A DNA stretch of 64,000 nt, taken from Candidatus Moraniibacteriota bacterium (lineage in GTDB: Bacteria; Patescibacteriota; Minisyncoccia; Moranbacterales; UBA11712). The notes beneath the pieces are model-generated. The model did not search any database. It was not told where the DNA came from and saw only the letters and a program-made list of their open reading frames with translations. Location of the stretch: positions 34,128 through 98,127 of the forward strand of contig JAUXSN010000039.1 of NCBI GenBank assembly GCA_030679895.1, given 5' to 3'. Of this stretch, positions 28,314-38,230 are shown piece by piece (position 1 is the first letter of the stretch; the number at the start of each line of letters is the position of its first letter). The position numbers were made by a program, and so were the translations under genes.

Positions 28314-29036
28314 ATGAATTATTCTCAATTTAGGTCCATTTTATCAAGAAAAATAGGTCTTATGCTGCTGGCCGGCCTTCTTCTCGCGGCTATTTCGTTT
28401 TGGGGAATAATGCTTCTTTCTCCGCGCTATCAATCTAATTTCGACGTTCTGGTGATTCAAAACCAGGAAAGTTTTGTTGATTCCTATACGCTTGCCAAAT
28501 CAACGGAGCATTTTTCAAAGTTGCTTTCGGAGAGCGTCTATACGGAAACTTTTCTCAATAAAGTCATAGAAGGCGATCCGGAACTTTCGAAAATTTTGCC
28601 GATTGAAAGAGAAGATCGCATGAAAGCCTGGGGGAAAATGGTTCAAACTTCCATCAATGCCGAGTTGGGAATGATTCACCTCAAAGTTTTGTCGAATGAC
28701 AAAGGACAGGTTGAAAGATTGTCGAAAACGGTCGCGAGCGTCCTTGCGGAAAATAACAATTTGTTCATCAGCGAAAACCAAAAAATTGAAGTGCGCATGA
28801 TAAACGCGCCGCTGATCAAGAATAATCCCGGAATGAATATGCTGTCTTTCACTGTCGTGGCTTCTTTCCTTATCGGGGTACTTCTGGTGTTTATTGCCTC
28901 ATTTTACAAAAATTTCATTGATCAGGAGAAATCAAAAGTTGATAGAACGGCGGAAATAAATAATTGGAATCGAACCGTGGCGGAGGATGACCTTGGAAAT
29001 ATAATTGACGCTGAAACCGGAGAAATTATTTTGTGA
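28314..29036 (+). CDS. Polysaccharide chain-length regulator (Wzz/YveK-like)
   Basis: Two terminal TMs; P.YQS...LV motif; Pro-rich segment before TM2. Confidence 0.75.
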   Translation: MNYSQFRSILSRKIGLMLLAGLLLAAISFWGIMLLSPRYQSNFDVLVIQNQESFVDSYTLAKSTEHFSKLLSESVYTETFLNKVIEGDPELSKILPIEREDRMKAWGKMVQTSINAELGMIHLKVLSNDKGQVERLSKTVASVLAENNNLFISENQKIEVRMINAPLIKNNPGMNMLSFTVVASFLIGVLLVFIASFYKNFIDQEKSKVDRTAEINNWNRTVAEDDLGNIIDAETGEIIL

Positions 29037-29258
29037 TGATTGCCGGCTTGGAACTTTTTCCAAGCCTTTAAATCCTCATAAATGAGGTGGAAACAGTTTT
29101 TTTAAAAACTGAATACGTGAATAAATGAACAAATTCTCCCCGCCAAAGTGGCGGAGGAGGATTGAGTATAAGTCAAACCATGGCTCCGCCTGCGGCGGAT
29201 GCCTAAAAAATTTCTTGCGACTCGTTAGTTTTTCCAAAAAGAAAACAAAAGCAAGGTT

Positions 29259-29346
29259 TTTCGCAGAAAATTCAGTGGGAGCTCACTGACTGCGAAAGCG
29301 GAATTTTTCTATTCAGATATTCAGTGGGAGCTCGCTGACTGTATAG
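29259..29346 (+). repeat. Tandem structured motif (two copies)
   Basis: ttcagtgggagctc(a/g)ctgactg at 29271 and 29320. Confidence 0.75.
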
Positions 29347-29409
29347 GACTTTCAAGCCGAGTTTTGTTCAGGAAAACAAAAAGAGAAGCGAGAACAAAGG
29401 AGTTCGACC

Positions 29410-31746
29410 ATGGTCATCAGAAAGTTTTTAGTAACTGCGCTGGTTGGCCTTTCGCTGTTTTTCTTCAGCGGCCAAGCGCAAAGCGCAGACCCGATCCCCG
29501 CTGAAGAGTCCGGTGAGAAGACGGGTTGGTATAGGTGCTCCGGCGGCGGAGGAGAGGCTCCAGAAGCCGCTTCCGCCGAAAAATCCGATCCGAGTGTGAT
29601 CCGCGAGTGGAAAGACGCCCGCGACGGCCACACTTATCAGGAACGGAGAAACCAGGAGAGCGGGCATCTTTACACGGCTCGCAAACCCAACAAGTGGGAA
29701 AGCGCTAAGAACGAGGACAGAGAAGACGGGAAGTTTTGGAAATCCCCGTTCTGTAGTCCTCGTGACTCCTGGTCGGCCAAAAAACCGCCAAAAGAGTCGA
29801 AAAAGGTTACGGCGGTCAAGGGTTTCATCCCCACTCCGGCACTCAAGTTTGCCAAGGGGAAAACCATGAAAGTCGTGGCGGTTAATGCCAATTTGGGCCG
29901 GATCGAGGATGGTTTTGTCCTGCCGGCTGGCGGCGACCAAAATGGGAAAGTCCCCGTGGTAGTCTGCTTCAATTCCGAACTCCCCGGCTCTGGCTGGAAA
30001 GTCGTGAGTGGCGACCGCTATTTCAACAACGCGCTTGGCGGCAGCAAGCGAGGCGAGTTGATTGTTTGGGGACTAGACGGCGCAAGCTATGCCAAGATGC
30101 AGGGCGGGATGTTCGAGGAAAGAGACCCTGCTTATATGGCATTGGTCGCCGAAACTTATGGCAGCGACTTGGATAAGCTCGAAAGAGCATCCCTGATCAA
30201 CAAGGGACAGCTGGATGGGGTTATTCAGGCTTGCGGTCTCAAGAAGTTTGATGTCCCGATGGACGGCATCCGCTACGCGGCCGATCGCGGTGAACTGGTT
30301 CAGGCTTGCAAAAAGGCGGATCGGCGCCGGGGTTACATTCGCTTTGCGGATGATGGTGGTCTAACCATTAGTCCTGAGCCGATCGGAATGATTATGAGTG
30401 CTGGATCGGCATTATTCACGTCCACGGTCCTGCGTAACCACAATACCCCTTGCCTCTCGACTGAGAGCAATGGCGTGGAGCTTTTCGAAAAGGATTTTGC
30501 CTTCTGGCAATCTTTCCGGAAAGACGAAAAAGTCGGTGCATACCCAAATCCGGCTCAAGGCGCAAGAAGATATACCTCCCAAGGAACCGAAGCTCCCGTC
30601 AATAACGGCGGTGAGGTTTCTTACCAGCAGTTCGCGGCTGGTTTGGGCGGGGGATACAGCGACTACCTTGACCTCCCCGGACGCACCCGCTGGTGGGTGA
30701 ACCCGAAGCGGGTGGAGATTCCGATCGGCGGCGGAATAAGCCGCGATCCGAATTTCCGCGGACGGTTTGCATGGCATAATATCGCCTTGCGGCCGTTTGA
30801 TTTCGAGCTGTCCCCGGATGCTTTTCTCGGGGTTGGCCCGGCGGCGAAGTTTGGCTGGTATAAGTATCAGGTACTGCCATCTAGATTTTCGGGGCACGGC
30901 CAAAGCCGATCCTTTGGGATTTGGCCCGAGCTGATAACCAGAGAATCCTGGGGCGGGACGGATACGACCATCGGTTTGCTTTTCGGCCGCCGATGGGAAA
31001 AAGGCGACTTTAATTTTTCCGCTAGCCGTCGTTTTGGCACAATCGATGCCGCGACGGAGTGGTGGTGGAATCCGGTTGCCAGTGGAAAATGGGGAAAGCT
31101 CCTCCCCGGCGCGAAGGCTTTTGCGCTCTGGGAAACTGACGGGTTCTTTCATGCAGGTTTGATGCCGGTGATCTACCAATCCCCGTGCGATGACCTGTTC
31201 AAGATCTCCGCCGGTCCGGCTTTCATGCGTTTCCGCCATGGGCCCATGGGAGGCGGGGTGAAGGTTCAGGCTGAAGTTTTCGGCGGCGTGTATCTGTCTT
31301 ACGGCCGCTATTTCGGCAAACGGAATTTCTTTATGGGTTCTGTCGACCCCTATCGCGTATACTGGACGCTTCAGAATGCGATGGTGGAATGCGGAACCAA
31401 GGAGGTTCCCTGGGACGTGCCAGAAATCGAGCCGATTGTTCCACAAATTTCACCTCCGGCTCCGGTAATCCCAGCCGCGCCGAAGTTGATCTCTCCTCCT
31501 CCGGCGATTGAAACACCGCCGGTTAAAATAAAAAAACTCAAGCTGCGTAAAAAGCAGTTAAGGGAGCGGTGCCTAGTGACACAGCCGGAAGCGCCGATCC
31601 AGGTTCCAAAACCGCCCGAAAAAGGGTGGCAGGAGACCGTAAAGGAGTGGTGGATTTCTCTCACTGCTTCCCCTTCGGCGGATCCGAACAAAACCGAGGC
31701 TAAGCCGGTGGAAACACCCGCAACAGCGCCTCCAAAAACGATGTGA
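29410..31746 (+). CDS. Large secreted hypothetical protein with amphipathic beta-rich region and Pro-rich tail
   Basis: 778 aa; signal peptide; AAGGAG SD; GC-rich. Confidence 0.7.
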   Translation: MVIRKFLVTALVGLSLFFFSGQAQSADPIPAEESGEKTGWYRCSGGGGEAPEAASAEKSDPSVIREWKDARDGHTYQERRNQESGHLYTARKPNKWESAKNEDREDGKFWKSPFCSPRDSWSAKKPPKESKKVTAVKGFIPTPALKFAKGKTMKVVAVNANLGRIEDGFVLPAGGDQNGKVPVVVCFNSELPGSGWKVVSGDRYFNNALGGSKRGELIVWGLDGASYAKMQGGMFEERDPAYMALVAETYGSDLDKLERASLINKGQLDGVIQACGLKKFDVPMDGIRYAADRGELVQACKKADRRRGYIRFADDGGLTISPEPIGMIMSAGSALFTSTVLRNHNTPCLSTESNGVELFEKDFAFWQSFRKDEKVGAYPNPAQGARRYTSQGTEAPVNNGGEVSYQQFAAGLGGGYSDYLDLPGRTRWWVNPKRVEIPIGGGISRDPNFRGRFAWHNIALRPFDFELSPDAFLGVGPAAKFGWYKYQVLPSRFSGHGQSRSFGIWPELITRESWGGTDTTIGLLFGRRWEKGDFNFSASRRFGTIDAATEWWWNPVASGKWGKLLPGAKAFALWETDGFFHAGLMPVIYQSPCDDLFKISAGPAFMRFRHGPMGGGVKVQAEVFGGVYLSYGRYFGKRNFFMGSVDPYRVYWTLQNAMVECGTKEVPWDVPEIEPIVPQISPPAPVIPAAPKLISPPPAIETPPVKIKKLKLRKKQLRERCLVTQPEAPIQVPKPPEKGWQETVKEWWISLTASPSADPNKTEAKPVETPATAPPKTM

Positions 31747-31836
31747 ACCCCGTTCCGCGCCAGAAGCAAAAAAGCTGACGGCGCGGGACACAACTTCCCT
31801 GCGTGAAGTGGGGATAACACTGAAAAGGAGTGAATT

Positions 31837-32208
31837 ATGAATGCGAAGAGATTGGCAAACCGGATGTTGTTTCTCATTTTGGTCCTGGCCATTGCGGTTC
31901 CGGCCACGGCTCTGGCGGCAACCTATCTGCCTCACGGCGCCACGATTACGGCGACCGTTTCCGGAGACACTGCCACTATCACCGTTACTGGGATCTCCGG
32001 AGCTTCCGTGGAGCGCTATTATTGGGAGCGTATTGACAAGTCTCCCGGGATGACCATGGACCTCAAGCAAGGCCGGCGATTCCAGGTGATGTCCGGGGGC
32101 AAGTACCTCCTGATCACTCCTGAAATGGCCTCGGGCGGGCCCTATAAGCTCATCGGAGTCGGCATCGACTGCTCCAATGAAAAGGGCTGCTGTCTCATCG
32201 TTAAGTAA
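31837..32208 (+). CDS. Small secreted hypothetical protein
   Basis: Signal peptide ending ALA; AAGGAG SD; C-terminal cysteines. Confidence 0.65.
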   Translation: MNAKRLANRMLFLILVLAIAVPATALAATYLPHGATITATVSGDTATITVTGISGASVERYYWERIDKSPGMTMDLKQGRRFQVMSGGKYLLITPEMASGGPYKLIGVGIDCSNEKGCCLIVK

Positions 32209-32280
32209 AATTCCGGCCGGACCCCGGCCATCATCGCCCCCATAAGGAGGTAACAAAGGGGGCAAAGAAGTAGAAGTATT

Positions 32281-32334
32281 GAGCCGTATCAGAATGTGAT
32301 CTGCCATCGCGCAGACATGTATCTGATACGGCTC
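32281..32334. terminator. Hairpin between convergent genes
   Basis: gagccgtatcaga...tctgatacggctc. Confidence 0.6.
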
Positions 32335-32387
32335 TTAATTTTGGAAAAATTATATAAAAAATAAGCGAGCCGGATTTCAGCTCGCTG

Positions 32388-32876
32388 TCAGTCCCCGGAA
32401 CGTGTCCCGTGGATGATAATTTTGGTCTTGCCCTCCTCCGCCCAGTCGAACAGCCGGACAATCTCGGGCCGCGTGACATGGACGCATCCGTTGGTCGCGA
32501 GCGCGCTTCTTCTCTTTTTGGGATTTAGGTGCTCTTTTGGAGGCACTTCTCCCTCATGAATGGCCTTGCGGTCGCCATTCCAAATGAAGAAAAGAGAATA
32601 GGGCATCCAAGTGTTGTGGGTCTTGGAAAAATAGCGCCGTCTTTTTTGGACAACAACATATTCTCCCGGATCGGTTATTTTGACGCCATCACCCGTAATG
32701 ACGTTAAAATCGAAGAGCTTTATCCCGTTTTCGTAGGCTGTTCCCGTCTGGGTCAACTGGTTGATGAAAATCACCTTGCCTTCTTTTGGAATTGAAGGTG
32801 AATTTTCCCCGAAAGCCGGCAAAAATCCGACAAGTATGAATAAAAGAACAAAGGCTATATTCATGATTTCCCCCAA
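32388..32876 (-). CDS. L,D-transpeptidase (YkuD family)
   Basis: ITG, MPYS, AIHEG and TNGCVHV motifs; signal peptide. Confidence 0.85.
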   Translation of the reverse strand: MGEIMNIAFVLLFILVGFLPAFGENSPSIPKEGKVIFINQLTQTGTAYENGIKLFDFNVITGDGVKITDPGEYVVVQKRRRYFSKTHNTWMPYSLFFIWNGDRKAIHEGEVPPKEHLNPKKRRSALATNGCVHVTRPEIVRLFDWAEEGKTKIIIHGTRSGD

Positions 32877-33002
32877 AGATCATAAGATATCCCCATATTT
32901 GAGGTTTGGAAATTATATTACTATATATAGGTCCAGTCAACAAAAACGCTCCTGGCTTATTAAAAATAACAAAATAATGCTTTATATAAGCCATAAAAAC
33001 AC

Positions 33003-33031
33003 TTGACAAAATTATTGCAAAATGATATTAT
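33003..33031 (+). promoter_or_regulatory. Sigma70 promoter
   Basis: TTGACA-17-TATTAT. Confidence 0.7.
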
Positions 33032-33137
33032 ACGAAGTTAAAACAAAAAGTTAACCTCTCGAAAAATGCGCTTCCATAAGCCCATTTTCCGGGAGATAAA
33101 CCTATCTTTCCCGATATCTTAAAAAAAAGGTGGTTCT

Positions 33138-33647
33138 ATGAAAAAAGGTATTTTTCTGCTGGCGTTGACGACCTTTATTCTTTTCTCCGGCAATGCTCAG
33201 GCCAAGGGAAAAGCGGTTGGCCGATTGACTGCTCTCGTCGCTACGGAGTCTCTCCGGGATAAGGGCTACAATTTTACAGGAGGTCACTGGTTTACCGAAC
33301 AGCGATCTTTCCAAAAAAAAGCCAAGGGCGGCGGTAATATAATTGTTATCTTGGGAGCAGACGAGGAAGGAAAAGAAGTCAAGTCATTTTTCATCTCCCT
33401 ACCCTTATCTGCTCAGGATGAAGTCAAGGAAGCTGTACTGACTGCGGTTTTGAGCCTGGCTTCTGCAAGAGGAGCGAAAAGTCCGGATCTGATTGAGGTC
33501 GGGACCGATTTGCTTCTTGATCTCTGGCCCAAAAAGATTGCAAAGTATTGGGGGACCAATACTAGCGGCCTAAAATTGAAAGGTTGCCAGATCGCAGTTT
33601 CGCTGAGAAATATCGGCGGCGGCAAAGTCCAAATCCAGATCAACTGA
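33138..33647 (+). CDS. Secreted hypothetical protein
   Basis: Signal peptide ending AQA; own promoter; hairpin at about 33664-33697. Confidence 0.65.
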   Translation: MKKGIFLLALTTFILFSGNAQAKGKAVGRLTALVATESLRDKGYNFTGGHWFTEQRSFQKKAKGGGNIIVILGADEEGKEVKSFFISLPLSAQDEVKEAVLTAVLSLASARGAKSPDLIEVGTDLLLDLWPKKIAKYWGTNTSGLKLKGCQIAVSLRNIGGGKVQIQIN

Positions 33648-33745
33648 CTGGCCGCGCGTCCGGGAGCATTCCTCTCTCGAGGAAAGGGGAATGCTTCGCT
33701 TTACAAAGTGCGTGAAAATATCATTCATTTTGTGAGAGCGAATAT

Positions 33746-35197
33746 ATGATTAAAAAATATTCTCAAAATCTCATCGAAACCTCAACCGCGATTTTCATTG
33801 TCGCGGCGGTTTCGATTTTTATTTTCGCCAATTTCATCGTCGGCTTCAGTTTGCCGCTCTATCTTTTCGCGGTCGCGTTCGGCTTTGTCCTTTCAGTCGT
33901 TTATCCAAGAAGCGGATTTTACGCCATTGTTTTTCTCACGGTTATTTTTGAAAGGTTTTTCACTCTAGTTCCGATATATTGGAACCGGGCAGAATACAAA
34001 ATATATCCGATCGACATCATTTTCGCCGGAGTGATACTGGGAATTATTTTTCAACTCATAAAAAACGGCCTGCCGAGAAAGCTGAAAATCGCTGATTATC
34101 TGGTCGCGGTGTTTATTTTTGCCGGCGCGGCTTATTTTATCGCCAGCGCATATCTGCTCCGGACGGACGCATCGATCGCCTTCAGCACGTTCAAAAATTA
34201 TTCTTTTTACGGACTTTTCTATTTTGTCGTCATATTCCTGTTCAGCGATAAAGAAAGACTCCTTAGACTTCTTAAGTTTTTTATGGCCGGCGCGGTTGTC
34301 GCGACAATCTTCATTTTCATCGGAATAATCCGCGGCGAAGGATTGTGGACCGGGTTCACCCCGCTTTCCACTCCAGGAACGCGCATTCTGGCTTTTCCGC
34401 ACGCTTTTTTCTTCACGATGGCCGTTCTGGTTTCGCTCGCTTGGATCGCTTTTCGAAAAGACAGCTATGCAACATTTCTCAAAATAATGATTCCGATCTG
34501 GGCAATCGGCATTGTCGGCTCCCTTATGCGCCATCTTTGGATAAGCCTTTTTGTCTCAATAATTTTTATCTTTTTTCTTCTGCCGAAGGAAAACAGAAAC
34601 CGGCTTAAAAAAATTATGTTCCATTACGCGTTGATCGGAGTCATCGCCATGATTTTTTTGTCATATTTGTCTTTTCTTTTTCCCGCCTCTGATTTTTCAA
34701 AAACTTTCGCGAGCGCAACAGGAATAACCGGGAAACGTTTTGTTTCCACGGTCCAGGTGACTTCCGATGAAAGTCTCAACTGGCGAAAATCCGTTTGGCA
34801 GAGCACCTGGCGGGAATATAAAGACAATTTGATTTTTGGCCTTGGATATGGAAAAAAAGTTTCGGTTGAGATCGGCACGAAATACAAAGATTTTGTTGAA
34901 ATCCGAAATATCCACAACTCGCTTCTCACTATTTTCATTCAAATGGGGCTCTGGAGCGCGCTTTTGTTCGCATCCCTCTTCTGGCTACTGGCAAAACCTC
35001 TTCTGATGAAAGTATCCCGCGCTTTTGACCCGTTTGATCTTCAGTTTCTTAAGATTGCCTTTTTAGCCATATTTTTGAATTATCTGATCGCGTTTCTGTT
35101 TCAGACATATCTCGAAACAAATCTTCTGGGAATATTTTTTTGGATAATTTTGGGCGGATTAGCCGTGTTAAATTCAAATACTAAAATCGAGTCTTAG
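33746..35197 (+). CDS. O-antigen ligase/polymerase family membrane protein
   Basis: About 12 TMs; WR..VW, FGLGYG and IHNS motifs. Confidence 0.85.
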   Translation: MIKKYSQNLIETSTAIFIVAAVSIFIFANFIVGFSLPLYLFAVAFGFVLSVVYPRSGFYAIVFLTVIFERFFTLVPIYWNRAEYKIYPIDIIFAGVILGIIFQLIKNGLPRKLKIADYLVAVFIFAGAAYFIASAYLLRTDASIAFSTFKNYSFYGLFYFVVIFLFSDKERLLRLLKFFMAGAVVATIFIFIGIIRGEGLWTGFTPLSTPGTRILAFPHAFFFTMAVLVSLAWIAFRKDSYATFLKIMIPIWAIGIVGSLMRHLWISLFVSIIFIFFLLPKENRNRLKKIMFHYALIGVIAMIFLSYLSFLFPASDFSKTFASATGITGKRFVSTVQVTSDESLNWRKSVWQSTWREYKDNLIFGLGYGKKVSVEIGTKYKDFVEIRNIHNSLLTIFIQMGLWSALLFASLFWLLAKPLLMKVSRAFDPFDLQFLKIAFLAIFLNYLIAFLFQTYLETNLLGIFFWIILGGLAVLNSNTKIES

Positions 35198-35205
35198 AAA
35201 AAAAT

Positions 35206-36378
35206 ATGCGTATTCTGGAAGTCAACAAATTCAACCACGTTCGTGGCGGAGCCGACAAGCACTTCGTGGATTTGGCAAATCTGCTTCAAGAAAATGGAAA
35301 TGAAGTGGCGGTTTTCGCGATGGATCATCCGGAAAATATCCCTTCTGAATGGTCAAAATATTTCGTCAGCCGCGTGGATTATGAAAACGGAAGCGCTCTG
35401 AATAAAATCAAAGGCGCATTGAGAATTTTTTGGTCATTTGAAGCCCGCCGTAAAATCGGAAAACTGCTTGATGAATTCCAGCCGGAAATTGTTCATATTC
35501 ATAACATCTATCATCAAATTTCTCCATCTATTTTATCGGAAATAAAAAAGCGCGGAATTCCGGTTGTGATGACAGTCCACGACTGGAAAATGATTTGCCC
35601 TAATTACCTTTTGAATTGTGGAGGAAAACTCTGCGAAAAATGCGTCGGCGGAAAATACTGGCACTGTCTCAAAAATAAATGTGTGAAAAAATCATATCTC
35701 AAAAGCTTGATCTCAATGCTGGAAATGTATTTCCATCGATTTATCAGGGTTTACGAAAAAAATATTGACCTATATATCGCTCCCAGCCAGTTTGTGAAGG
35801 ATAATCTCGCAAAAGCCGGATTTTCTGAAAGCAGAATCAAGGTTTTACCGCATTTTGCAAAAGCCGTAGACGCCCGACGTCTGCTAAATATGCAAAGCAA
35901 TAATTACGCCCTTTACCTCGGACGCGTCTCGAAAGAAAAAGGCGTCGACGAGCTGATTGAAATTTTCAAGGATCTGCCAATCGATCTTGTCCTGGCTGGA
36001 AAAAGGGACTCGGATTTTATGATTCCGGATTTGCCGAACATCAAGCACGTCGGGTTTAAGCCATCTCAAGAAATTGAAAGCTTGATTCGAAATTCTCAAT
36101 TTGTCGTTTCGGCTTCGCAACTTCCTGAAACTTTCGGCCTCATCGCGCTTGAAGCGATTGCCAATCAAAAGCCTTTTATCGGCTATAGAGCCGGCGCCTA
36201 CGGAGAGATTGTCCGAAATGGAGTAAACGGATCCTTGGCCGAAAGCAAAGGAGAACTAAAATCTAGAATTGAGGAATTTTTGGTAAATAAAAACCGAAAA
36301 TATTATTTTGACATAAGCCGATTCAGTCCTGAAAAGTATCATCAGAGCATAATTGACATTTTTCGGAGCCTTTGCTAA
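35206..36378 (+). CDS. Glycosyltransferase family 4
   Basis: GGA, HNIYHQ, GR..EKG, ETFGLIALEA. Confidence 0.9.
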   Translation: MRILEVNKFNHVRGGADKHFVDLANLLQENGNEVAVFAMDHPENIPSEWSKYFVSRVDYENGSALNKIKGALRIFWSFEARRKIGKLLDEFQPEIVHIHNIYHQISPSILSEIKKRGIPVVMTVHDWKMICPNYLLNCGGKLCEKCVGGKYWHCLKNKCVKKSYLKSLISMLEMYFHRFIRVYEKNIDLYIAPSQFVKDNLAKAGFSESRIKVLPHFAKAVDARRLLNMQSNNYALYLGRVSKEKGVDELIEIFKDLPIDLVLAGKRDSDFMIPDLPNIKHVGFKPSQEIESLIRNSQFVVSASQLPETFGLIALEAIANQKPFIGYRAGAYGEIVRNGVNGSLAESKGELKSRIEEFLVNKNRKYYFDISRFSPEKYHQSIIDIFRSLC

Positions 36379-36381
36379 AAT
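36353..36381 (+). promoter_or_regulatory. Sigma70 promoter at the end of the GT gene
   Basis: TTGACA-17-TAAAAT. Confidence 0.6.
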
Positions 36382-36414
36382 GTAAGGTCAATTTTTAAGT
36401 CTTAATTTAAACCT

Positions 36415-37014
36415 ATGAAAATCGCAAAAAGAGCCATTCCATTCATCGTCGCTGCCGGACTTCTGGCGGCTTCGACCGCGTTTGCCGGAAGCGATCCGGA
36501 GCTTTATAAGCTTTCAAAATACAAAGGTTACGCAGGTGAAAAAGTGAAAATAACGGGGATAAATTTCGGGAAAAAGTCAGGAAAAGTCATGTTCGACGAC
36601 TGGACAAAAGCCGAGATTGTCAGTTGGAGTAAAAAGAAGATCGTCATTCGCGTTCCTGATGTCGCCGTGACAAAAACGCATAAAGTGCGAGTCTGCAAAA
36701 GACACGACGACTGCACGAGGTCCCAAAAGTTTTTTGTGAAAAGAACCGGACCGGAACTTTGGAAAATCAAAAATTTGAGCGGTTCCAAAAAGTATCAGGG
36801 AAAACCGGGAGATAAATTAAAGCTGACCGGGCAAAACTTCGGCTCTGGACATGTCTCCGTTCTCTTCGGCAGCACTCCGGCAAAAATCACGTCGCGGACG
36901 AAGAAATGGATAAAAGTCATTGTTCCCGAATTGGCGCGCGACAGGACATACGCGGTCAAGGTGACCGATGGAGATCCTGATTCCAATACCCAAGATTTTT
37001 ACGTGATTCCATAA
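36415..37014 (+). CDS. Secreted protein with two IPT/TIG domains
   Basis: Repeated G..G.K..I/LTG.NFG...V.F...A.I...I.V.VP. Confidence 0.85.
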   Translation: MKIAKRAIPFIVAAGLLAASTAFAGSDPELYKLSKYKGYAGEKVKITGINFGKKSGKVMFDDWTKAEIVSWSKKKIVIRVPDVAVTKTHKVRVCKRHDDCTRSQKFFVKRTGPELWKIKNLSGSKKYQGKPGDKLKLTGQNFGSGHVSVLFGSTPAKITSRTKKWIKVIVPELARDRTYAVKVTDGDPDSNTQDFYVIP

Positions 37015-37034
37015 CTAAAGAATTTCCTAATCTT

Positions 37035-38222
37035 ATGCGCATCGCATATATCGGACAAAAAGGAATACCGGCCAAAATCGGTGGAGTCGAAAGATACGTC
37101 GACGAAGTGGCGGTTAGAATGGCAAAGAAAGGCCATGAGGTTTTTGTCTATGTGAGGAGCCACTACACCCCTCAAAATATGAAGAGCTACAAAGGAGTAA
37201 AGCTGGTTCATCTGCCGACAATCAAGACCAAGCACCTCGATGCCATCTTGCATACTTTTTTTTCGACGATCCATGCCCTTTTTCAAAATTACGACGCGAT
37301 ACACTACCATTCTCTCGGCCCGACATCTCTTTCTTTTGTTCCCAAGATTTTTTGCCGCAAGACTGCAATTATCGCAACCTATCAATCACAAGATTATTAC
37401 CAAGCTAAATGGGGATTTTTGGCGCGCTTATATTTGCGTTTTGGCGAATTTATGACGCTTCATATGCCTGATAAGGTAATCTCGGTTTCTGAAATCCTGC
37501 GCAATTATGGCCTTAAATTTTATAGGAAGGATTCAATAATTATACCCAACGGCGTGACGCTATTCCGAAAAGCAGGATCTCTTAACATTTTCAAAAAATG
37601 GGATCTTAAGCGCGGAAGATATTTTTTGACGGTGAGCCGTCTTGTGCCGCACAAGGAAATTCACACGCTTATCAAAGCTTTCGCGAGTCTTAAAACGATG
37701 AAAAAAATAGATCGTGACTGGAAGCTTGTAATTGCTGGGGGAGGCAGTTACACAGATCGCTACGTGAAAGAGCTAAAAGACATGAATCGCGGGCGGAATG
37801 ATGTGATACTCGCCGGAGTGCAGAAAGGAGAAAAACTGGCCGCGCTTCTCCAGAACGCCTACGCCTTTGTCCAGCCTTCACGGTCGGAAGGCCTGTCGCT
37901 CGCGCTTCTTGAAGCCATGGGAGCGGGGCTGGCGCCGCTGGTGAGCGATATTCCGGAAAATATGTCCGCGGTCAAGGGAAACGGTTTTATTTTCCGGACC
38001 GGAGACGTTTTTGACCTCATGAACAAAATAGAATATCTTGTCAATAATCCCGGCAAGGTTAAAAAAGCCGGTCAAAAATCCATAGAGATAACGAAAGATT
38101 ACTATAATTGGGATAAAATCGTAAAAGAGATAGAAGCGGTTTATACTGAAGCTATTGAAGAGAAATCAAGAAAAAATTTTCGTCGGGAAATTAATTTCGC
38201 GAGGAAAACTCGCATTTTTTAA
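37035..38222 (+). CDS. Glycosyltransferase family 4
   Basis: GGVE, SRLVPHK, EGLSLALLEAM. Confidence 0.9.
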   Translation: MRIAYIGQKGIPAKIGGVERYVDEVAVRMAKKGHEVFVYVRSHYTPQNMKSYKGVKLVHLPTIKTKHLDAILHTFFSTIHALFQNYDAIHYHSLGPTSLSFVPKIFCRKTAIIATYQSQDYYQAKWGFLARLYLRFGEFMTLHMPDKVISVSEILRNYGLKFYRKDSIIIPNGVTLFRKAGSLNIFKKWDLKRGRYFLTVSRLVPHKEIHTLIKAFASLKTMKKIDRDWKLVIAGGGSYTDRYVKELKDMNRGRNDVILAGVQKGEKLAALLQNAYAFVQPSRSEGLSLALLEAMGAGLAPLVSDIPENMSAVKGNGFIFRTGDVFDLMNKIEYLVNNPGKVKKAGQKSIEITKDYYNWDKIVKEIEAVYTEAIEEKSRKNFRREINFARKTRIF

Positions 38223-38230
38223 GAGTAAAT

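Noticed and set aside
29264-29341. Possible mini-CRISPR array
   Set aside because: Only two copies, the spacer pairs with its flanks, and there are no cas genes
30412-32307. Minus-strand ORFs of 344, 178 and 244 aa
   Set aside because: Shadows of GC-rich plus-strand genes that have signal peptides and SD motifs
32281-32334. Group II intron domain V (gagccgtat)
   Set aside because: It forms a simple hairpin between convergent genes; DV/DVI geometry and a reverse transcriptase are absent
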